A stretch of 64,000 nt of DNA from assembly GCF_039654945.1 (NCBI RefSeq), contig NW_027361784.1:13454001-13518000 (forward strand). Direction: 5' to 3'. A model generated the notes under the pieces. It searched no databases. It was not told the DNA's origin and saw nothing but the letters and a program-made list of their open reading frames with translations. Position 1 is the first letter of the stretch. Each line of letters opens with the position of its first letter. The DNA is from Dendrobates tinctorius. Its lineage: Eukaryota. A program made the translations under genes and the position numbers. Below are positions 55,268-64,000 of this stretch, one piece after another.

Positions 55268-55445
55268 GTCTCATAGACTGTAAGCTTGCGAGCAGGGCCC
55301 TCACTCCTCTTGTTATTTGTTATAATCTACTGTATGTGATTATTGTTATGCTGTAATGTCTATTGTCTGTACAAATCCCCTCTGAAATGTAAAGTGCTGC
55401 GGAATATGTCGGCGCTATAAAAATAAAGTTTATTATTATTATTAT
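55268..55445 (+). mobile_element. L2 LINE 3' end
   Basis: tagactgtaagcttgcgagcagggccctc...gtaaagtgctgcggaatatgtcggcgctataaaaataaa plus (TTA)n tail. Confidence 0.75.
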
Positions 55446-55584
55446 ACTATATAATACACTATAATAATACACTATACTCCTATGCTTCTAATTTGAAAAC
55501 CATTCATACCACTCAGACCCTATCTGGTGCATGAGAGAACTTATTGATTGTCTGGATTCAGTACATATATTGTAAAAATATTTA

Positions 55585-56015
55585 GAGTTGAGAGTCCTCA
55601 GTGGCTGACACCTTTCAATGGCTAACTGAAAAAATGGTAACAAATTGCAAGCTTTCGAGACTCCTCAGGTCTTTTCATCAGGCACAGAATAACACAAAAT
55701 CTGAAGAATCACATATTTATACACAACACAGAACTGAAATAATGTTATAGATAAGACAAGTGATGTGAAGCAGAACTATCATTAAGGGAGAGGGCTAAAC
55801 AGTTGTGAACATAAATATTGGAGCAGTTCATAGATAAGGAGCATGAAAGTTTTATTGTCCTCTGACTGGGGGTCTGGTTCTGTGTTGTGATGCCCCCACA
55901 AGGTCTGAGGAGCAAATTCCTTTATTGATTTAAAAAGACATAAATCCATGCGACTCATTCATTCCTGCACTGAGAGTGTCAAAGGTTGTCATGAGTTTAC
56001 ACTCCCAGTCTCTGT
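55585..56015 (-). mobile_element. Penelope-like element 3' fragment (end of ORF plus pLTR)
   Basis: Minus strand encodes RDWECKLMTTFDTLSAGMNESHGFMSF*, resembling the C-terminus of the Penelope GIY-YIG region, followed by a hammerhead motif. Confidence 0.75.
55646..55684 (-). ncRNA. Minimal hammerhead ribozyme motif
   Basis: Minus strand: ugc-CUGAUGA-a-aagac-cugagga-gucuc-GAAA-gcuu-gca. Core boxes intact, stem II agac/gucu, palindromic AGCU stem III, stem I ugc/gca. Confidence 0.7.
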
Positions 56016-57273
56016 GGTGCTGTGATCAGGGGTACAAAAATGTTTGGCAACAGGGAGAGCCATTCTTTTTTCTTTTATTGTTTTTTGGTGTTGATAATTG
56101 TTTTATTGGTGATGAGAATCCATGTTTTGTAGGCGTTCAAGTTTCCATATCTATAGAGAGTTGACAGCTCACTATAAGCAACATAGATCTCCTATCTGTG
56201 GAAGAAGTGATAAATATATGCTGGGATTTTGCCCTCTGGGATCTGCACTATTGATGAAAATAAAAGCCCCAAGGTCCTCTGTGTGATTGGAATGGTAGCA
56301 TATGCGAACATTGCTCCATTCACTGCCTACAGAAGTTATTACACATGCTCACTGCTATACAAGTAATATAGGACACTCTATTCTCAGGATGAAAGCTCAC
56401 TACCATAAGCTGAATGAAAAATTGCAGCATGCTCAAAGTGCATCTGATAATTGTACCATGTGCACCCATACAAGTATGTGGGTGCATGTGAAATATCAGA
56501 CTGCACTCGGATGACATTAAGTTCTCCATCTTCTCCACACTTGTTTGCCAACTCTCACATGTAAGAGAATAGGATCACAATAAACTGACACTCGGCTCTG
56601 ACAAAGTTTGAGCCCAGTGTCATTAGCATAATTGGCTCAATCCTCTCACATGAGAGAATCTACAGCCATTGGACCACAGCTTGAGAGAAGGCCTTGCCAC
56701 CCAGACCATAGCAAACATACTTTTAACATTTTTCTTGGTCACTGGTGTCAAAGGTTTATTGGAAAAACTTTAACTTTTCAGCCATTGTGTATCTTATAGC
56801 AGCTACCCAGCTGACTCGCATGGGACATATGTCATTTCAAAATGCATTCACAGAAAAACTTCAATATTTCAAGAAGAAAGAGATGACAGATGTAAAGGAG
56901 TAGAAACTGACTTAATTTTGTGTGTAGTTGGTAACTTTATAAGAGCCAAGAAGATGCAAATCTAAAATAGTAGGACATTTTGAATCAAGGATTGTTAACG
57001 TTGGTTCATTTTTATTCTAGCTGTGTTGTAAAAATTCAAATTATGGCAAAGGTGGAAATAGCATTTTAAGAAAATATTATCTTAAAGTTGACAAAATGAT
57101 TCTGCCACCTAAAATCTTATTCTAGACGTTCCTTAATTCAAGAATGACACAAAAGAGGAAAAATCAATGAAACTAGAAAGCTTTTTAAATATGATTGTTT
57201 TGCTCAAAATCTTTTCACTTTGAAGGACAAAGAGGAGTCTTTAGTTAACCGAATTTGCATTGTTAATGTCTAA

Positions 57274-57666
57274 AGGCCCCGTTACATTTAGCGATGTACC
57301 AGTGATCCCGACCACGATATGACCCGGTCAGGATCGCTGGTGCATCGCTAAATGGTTACTAGTGAGCTGCGAAACAGGCAGATCTCACTAGCGATGCAAC
57401 AGCAGTCGGCGGTCTATACTTACCATCAGACGCAGCGATGATGTCTTCTTCCACCCGCGTCCATGGCTCGCTCATCAGCGCCAGCAGGAAGCCGAAGACG
57501 AGAAATGGTCCAGGATGTTCTCGCATGATCAGCGATAGCCAGCAGAGGAGCCGGTCAGAGGTGAGTATCACATGTAGCGATATCGCTAGTGATATCGCTG
57601 CTGCGTCACAAAATCGGTGACGCTTTAGCGATATTGCTAGTGATATCGTTATGTGTAAAGGGCCCT
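57274..57666 (-). mobile_element. Harbinger-like CpG-rich MITE, copy 3
   Basis: aggccccgttacattt...atgtgtaaagggccct. Collinear with 33015-33408. Confidence 0.88.
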
Positions 57667-58999
57667 TCAGTAACATTCATGACTCACTATAGAGTAGGAC
57701 TCAATTTATAGAACAATATGTGACAAATCCATTGTAATACTTTACACTGGCCTATTGGAATAGCATTGTCATGCCACACTGTATATTTGTCTATCTCTAA
57801 GTAATTTCAATTCACATTCCAATTTTGGATTATTGTTCAGTGTCCTAAAAAAGAAAATTGAATGCACATTTAAAGGCTTGCCAGAGACTATTTTAAGTTA
57901 GTCTAGTGGAATATATTTCACGCAACCGCTTATTGAAACTTTCTTCCTAGGTTATTTTATTGACACTTTTGCTGAAATCACAGATTCCTATAGAAGCAAT
58001 TTCAGACAGTAAAAGAAGAAGAATATAATTATATTCTAATAAAAGAAATAGGATTTTTACAATCCATTTTACTGCTCCTCTTCTAGCAAATGATTCTATG
58101 ATTCTAAATATTTGACTCTTATTCCAAAATTGCCTTTTTATTTTTTTTAGTTGACACAAGTAAAGTTTAAAAAGAAAATCCAAAATACATAATGGGCTAT
58201 ACGCATTGCAAGCCACAGATACCATTGAACTTGGCTTTCTTGAATTACGGACTTGACTTGTTAGAAAAAGAATCACTGATTCTCAAAGGTCCAAAACATG
58301 ATTATTTATTAACCAAAATATATAAATATAATGATACTTGTATTGTAGGGATTCAGCTGATTTATACACTGATGGAGCAAATCTATTTAGCCCTGTAAGA
58401 AGACTAAAATAAGTCATAGACAATTCTCTTTCCGCAGGTTGGTATGCTCATTTCGCTCTATTTTAGTACGCATTCCAATGACTTTTTAGTGTAGTTTAAA
58501 AGATGCATCCATGTGTTAAACTATTATAAAATTGTGTTCAGAATTAAGCTTTTAAAATGGTAAGTGTCTATATTTCCAAAATGAACACTATTCTAGAAGT
58601 TCTCTAGGAAACACTCTGACAATATGCTATCCAATGAAACATGCCGCAAATTTTTGTGTGTCTTCTTATATAATCTGGGACATACAGAAAAAAAAGTATG
58701 GATTATAGTTAATAAATTATTTTAAAATAGGTTTGTAATATCATCATGTGCTTGAGGACAACGTTTAGTTAGCTTTTTCCATCTTACATAATTTATTGTA
58801 TAAGTGAAATTCGTATTATTGTTTCTATCAATTCTTTAATACTGTAACTTATAAATATTTAGTTAAATGCTTGAAATAGATTTTTCTTTTGTAAAAAATG
58901 TTTCATCCCACTCTTGCTTAAATCAGTTTGTACCAAAACACTCTTCTTGACTTTCCAGTCTGGTTTCTGGACTCTACACTCTACAGAAGTTGCCTTTTC

Positions 59000-59520
59000 T
59001 TGAGTTTTTAATCATCTACTAACAACTAAATCTAATAGCCACTACTCACTTCTGATTCTCCTGGATCTTGCTGCAGCATTTGACACTCTACAGTAAATCC
59101 CCAGTGCCTTTTCACTGTCTTCCACTCTATTGGCTTTAAGGATACGGCTCTCACCTGGTCCGCCTACCTTTATGACTGCTGCTTCAGTGTATTACTTGCC
59201 TGCTTTTTTTCCCTTCCTTTACAGTCAGGGTTCCTCACAGCTCAGTCCTAATTCTATTCATCTTTTAACTCTCTAAAACCCATATTGGACAAACTTTCAG
59301 CAGATTTGGATTTCAGTATCATATCTATGCTGATGATTCCCACCTGTAAAAATGTTCTCTTGATATCACTGCGACTCTACTACAACATTTCAGTGATTTT
59401 CTAGTGTCTCTAATGTCATGTCCTCCTATTAGAAACTTTTTTTTCAAAGCTGAACTTCTTGTGTTTCCTCCTTTTACTAAACCTAACATTTCCATTTCCA
59501 CATGTGGTACTACTATTTGA
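59000..59520 (+). mobile_element. Old L2 LINE RT fragment (continues at ~62030-62520)
   Basis: Translates ILLDLAAAFDT, GVPHSSVL, YHIYADD. The downstream piece has WLPI and QDFSQAAP-like L2 motifs. Confidence 0.72.
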
Positions 59521-60210
59521 TTTTCTTTTATTTGATTCTCTTAATTGATTTTCTATTCATCCATGGTACACCATTCAAACTAACTTGCATCAGCAGGGGT
59601 CACATGTGTTCCACTGCTCCTCTCTAGACTCCTAGATGGGCATACTCCACATGCTATGGTACTAACTATAAATTATCACTTGTACCATTCTTATCACTAC
59701 TACAAAGGACACCCTAAACTGCCACCTTAGCCTGCTTATGTTCACCATAGTTGACGTACTGTACTTAACTGTTCACTCTAGACACTTTTCCACATTAACC
59801 ATATGCCCATATAACTTCTGTAATGTTACCATCGCTCTGAGTAATTGGCCTTGCTTTCTAGCTACATTCTTTGATCCTTTCCATTTCGATATGTGTCTTT
59901 ATTTGACTTGGTGTCTTATATATTGTTGTTTATTAATTTATGCAAATCATTGACAAGGAATACATGTTTATATCAATGTGACCACAATGTGACCACACTT
60001 ATTGATATTTACTACTGTTCTTATACTCTTGACCACTAACTATACATTGGTCTCTGTACATATTAACTATATATAGCTTATAATTGTGTTTGCATGTTGT
60101 CACTGAAGTTATGTTCCTCTGCTTTCTCCAGAGTGACTGTGTGATTAAGATCCAAGACTGGGTCTAAATGTTATATGTATTTTGGTTGAAAATCCTGCAC
60201 CCTAAATATA

Positions 60211-61816
60211 CAGTGGGGAAAAAAAGTATTTAGTCAGTCAGCAATAGTGCAAGTTCCACCACTTAAAAAGATGAGAGGCGTCTGTAATTTACATCATAGG
60301 TAGACCTCAACTATGGGAGACAAACTGAGAAAAAAAAATCCAGAAAATCACATTGTCTGTTTTTTTTCATTTTATTTGCATATTATGGTGGAAAATAAGT
60401 ATTTGGTCAGAAACAAGCAATCAAGATTTCTGGCTCTCACAGACCTGTAACTTCTTCTTTAAGAGTCTCCTCTTTCCTCCACTCATTACCTGTAGTAATG
60501 GCACCTGTTTAAACTTGTTATCAGTATAAAAAGACACCTGTGCACACCCTCAAACAGTCTGACTCCAAACTCCACTATGGTGAAGACCAAAGAGCTGTCA
60601 AAGGACACCAGAAAAAAAATTGTAGCCCTGCACCAGGCTGGGAAGACTGAATCTGCAATAGCCAACCAGCTTGGAGTGAAGAAATCAACTGTGGGAGCAA
60701 TAATTAGAAAATGGAAGACATACAAGACCACTGATAATCTCCCTCGATCTGGTGCTCCACGCAAAATCCCACCCCGTGGGGTCAGAATGATCACAAGAAC
60801 GGTGAGCAAAAATCCCAGAACCACGCGGGGGGACCTAGTGAATGAACTGCAGAGAGCTGGGACCAATGTAACAAGGCCTACCATAAGTAACACACTACGC
60901 CACCATGGACTCAGATCCTGCATTGCCAGACGTGTCCCACTGCTTAAGCCTGTACATGTCCGGTCCCATCTGAAGTTTGCTAGAGAGCATTTGGATGATC
61001 CAGAGGAGTTTTGGGAGAATGTCCTATGGTCTGATGAAACCAAACTGGAACTGTTTGGTAGAAACACAACTTGTCGTGTTTTAAGGAAAAAGAATACTGA
61101 GTTGCATCCATCAAACACCATACCTACTGTAAAGCATGGTGGTGGAAACATCATGCTTTGGGGCTGTTTCTCTGCAAAGGGGCCAGGACGACTGATCTGG
61201 GTACATGAAAGAATGAATGGGGCCATGTATCGTGAGATTTTGAGTGCAAACCTCCTTCCATCAGCAAGGGCATTGAAGATGAAACGTGGCTGGGTCTTTC
61301 AACATGACAATGATCCAAAGCACACCGCCAGGGCAATGAAGGAGTGGCTTCGTAAGAAGCATTTCAAGGTCCTGGAGTGGCCTAGCCAGTCTCCAGATCT
61401 CAACCCTATAGAAAACCTTTGGAGGGAGTTGAAAGTCCGTGTTGCCAAGCGAAAAGCCAAAAACATCACTGCTCTAGAGGAGATCTGCATGGAGGAATGG
61501 GCCAACATACCAACAACAGTGTGTGGCAACCTTGTGAAGACTTACAGAAAACGTTTGACCTCTGTCATTGCCAACAAAGGATATATCACAAAGTATTGAG
61601 ATGAAATTTTGTTTCTGACCAAATACTTATTTTCCACCATAATATGCAAATAAAATGAAAAAAAAAACAGACAATGTGATTTTCTGGATTTTTTTTTCTC
61701 AGTTTGTCTCCCATAGTTGAGGTCTACCTATGATGTAAATTACAGATGCCTCTCATCTTTTTAAGTGGTGGAACTTGCACTATTGGTGACTGACTAAATA
61801 CTTTTTTTCCCCACTG
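60211..61816 (+). mobile_element. Full-length Tc1 (IR/DR type) DNA transposon, 1606 bp
   Basis: TA target duplication. ~206-bp TIRs (60211-60416, 61609-61816) are nearly identical, each with outer and inner aagtattt(a/g)gtca direct repeats. Confidence 0.97.
60577..61599 (+). CDS. Tc1 DD34E transposase, uninterrupted 340 aa
   Basis: Paired-like HTH N-terminus, [29 protein letters not shown]. 34 residues between the second D and E. Confidence 0.96.
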   Translation: MVKTKELSKDTRKKIVALHQAGKTESAIANQLGVKKSTVGAIIRKWKTYKTTDNLPRSGAPRKIPPRGVRMITRTVSKNPRTTRGDLVNELQRAGTNVTRPTISNTLRHHGLRSCIARRVPLLKPVHVRSHLKFAREHLDDPEEFWENVLWSDETKLELFGRNTTCRVLRKKNTELHPSNTIPTVKHGGGNIMLWGCFSAKGPGRLIWVHERMNGAMYREILSANLLPSARALKMKRGWVFQHDNDPKHTARAMKEWLRKKHFKVLEWPSQSPDLNPIENLWRELKVRVAKRKAKNITALEEICMEEWANIPTTVCGNLVKTYRKRLTSVIANKGYITKY

Positions 61817-62819
61817 TATCTGAACATACGTCTTTTTACCAACACATTGAAATCAAGAATTTGCAATTTAAAAGTGTGTGGTGAAACTCCTGATTGCATG
61901 TTCCAGGGGCTAAAGATCTCCTTCTATCTGCACCTCACACCTTCAGCTGTGTGCACACCAATTTCCTGCACCCATAAATACTCTTAGGCAGCATGCCTCC
62001 TGTCTTGGTTTATTGTTAATTCAGACATATCCTTTAATCCCTATATCCAATTATTCACTCGTCTATGTCAAAAGTACCTCGAAAACTTCCTCAGCAATCC
62101 TTCAACACTGCCAAACTTTTGCTGTTATTCTTGTCTTGACTATGTTAACCCATCGGTTTTCCTCTCATTAAACTCTCATTTCACCAATAATCCCAAAAGC
62201 AGCAATCAGGCTCATATTTCTGTACAGCTGCTTCATTGAATCCTCCACCCTGTGCCAGACATTGAACTGGTTGCCCATCTGCTACAAAATACAACATAAA
62301 CTATTCACTGTCATTCACAAAACTTTCTACAATGTCTAACGCCTTTTATCTTCTCACTCATCTCATTCTACTACCATACTCTTGCTCTCTATTCTGTTAA
62401 TGGTTTAAGTATAGCATCCTTTATAATTGGAACTTCCCACACCTATCTCCAAGACTTTTCTCAGGCTGCACCAGTTCTCCGGAATGCATTATCACTGTTA
62501 ATTCCAGGTGCTCTAAAAACAAAGCAGATATTATAGGTGCTGCATATTACCTAAAATCATAGGTGTTATTCTGTTCAAGTACTCAAATCTTGCACTTGGG
62601 AAATAAAAATCAATGGATCATTATAGTTGCTTTATCCAGGATAGCCAAAGTGAATGAGTCCATATATCTATTGAAACATAATGAATTAATTTGTAGAATG
62701 ACCCTAAGTGTCGATATTAGCTATTCCTAGGATGAACACTATTGATAAATTGAAGCAGTGGTAGCGAGAGAAGTACTCAGTTACCGTCAATCCTTGATGT
62801 GATGATAGTCTGGGTGAAA

Positions 62820-64000
62820 TGGTGGATGAGGAAAAAGCCAATATGCTAAATGACTTTTTTTCAACAGTATTTACACAAGAAAATCCCATGAGTGATAACA
62901 TGATCAGGGATAAAAAATTCTCCATTAAATGTCACCTGCTTAACCCAGCAGGAAGTACGGCGGCGTCTACAAATCACTAAAATTGACAAATCCCCGGGCC
63001 AGGATGGGATACACCCCCGAGTACTGCAGGAATTCAGCACAGTCATATATAGACCATTATTTTTAATCTTTAAAGATTCCATATTAACAGGGTCTGTACC
63101 ACAGGATTGGCGTATAGCAAATGTGGTGCCAATATTTAAAAAGGGGATAAAAACTGAACTTGGAAATTATAGGCCAGTAAGTTTAACCTCAACTGTGGGT
63201 AAAGTCCTGGAGGGTTTTCAAAGAGATACTATACTGGAGTATCTGGAGAAGAATAACCTCATGACCCAATATCAACATGGGTTTACGAGGAACCGTTCCT
63301 GTCAGACTAATCTGATAAGCTTTTATGAAGAGGTAAGTTCTGGACTGGACCAAGGGAATGCAGCGAACGTGGTGTACATGGACTTTTCAAAAGCTTTTGA
63401 TACGGTGCCACACAAAAGGTTGATACATAAAATGAGAACAATGGGGATAGGGGAAAATATGTGTAAGTGGGTTAAGAGCTGGCCCAGGGATAGGAAACAA
63501 AGGGTGGTTATTAATGGAGCACACTCGGACTGGGTCACGGTTAGCAGTGGGGTACCACAGGGGTCAGTTTTGGGCCCGCTTCTTTTTAACATATTTATTA
63601 ATGACCTTGTAGGGGGCATAGAGAGTAGAATTTCAATATTTGCAGGGTAATCAATACAGATGAGGACAATTTTATATTACAGGATGATTTATGTAAACTA
63701 GAAGCTTGGGCTGATAAATGGCAAATGAGCTTTAATGGGGATAAATGTAAGGTCATGCACTTGGGTAGAACGAGCAAGATGTATAATTATGTGCTTAATT
63801 GTAAAACACTGGGAAAAACTGTCACTGAAAAAGACCTGGGTGTATGGGTGGACGACAAATTCACATTTAGTGGCCAGTGTCAGGCAGCTGCTGTAAAGGC
63901 AAATAAAATAATGGGATGCATTGAAAGAGGCATAGATGCTCATGAGGAGAACATAATTTTACCTCTATATAAGTCACTAGTGCGACCACACTTAGAATAC
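62820..64000 (+). mobile_element. CR1 LINE ORF2 fragment, runs off the window
   Basis: [43 protein letters not shown] small deletion removes the DD of FADD at ~63645. Confidence 0.94.

Noticed and set aside
60486-61226. 246-aa antisense ORF
   Set aside because: Shadow of the Tc1 transposase on the opposite strand.

Overview
Eukaryotic, repeat-rich vertebrate DNA. It is very probably an anuran (frog) genome, inferred from the repeat families present. The whole window lies inside a CSMD3-like gene on the minus strand. Three exons missed by the ORF track (14910-14789, 3120-3017, 1824-1712; 122, 104 and 113 nt) splice in frame to one complete CUB domain. The first of the two introns joining them uses a non-canonical GC donor. 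I found no upstream exon between 14911 and 64000, so that intron appears to be over 49 kb. The introns are packed with transposons: a full-length Tc1 with an open 340-aa DD34E transposase, several decayed Tc1s, three CR1 LINEs, L2 and Penelope fragments (one with a minimal hammerhead ribozyme), TTAA-specific piggyBac-like and Kolobok/T2-like MITEs, Harbinger-type MITEs, tandem minisatellite-carrying Helitrons, solo LTRs and a small two-LTR Gypsy derivative. The best candidates for something new are: (i) the mini-Gypsy, with an open ORF (unknown N-terminus plus an Asp->Asn protease) and a repeat/spacer array in its LTR; (ii) piggyBac-like elements carrying telomere-like arrays and a ~388-bp satellite, two of which bracket the GC-donor exon in inverted orientation; (iii) consensus U1/5' splice-site motifs on both strands of unrelated MITE families. 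No prokaryotic-type system such as CRISPR or an operon is supported. Most short ORFs in the track are repeat artefacts.
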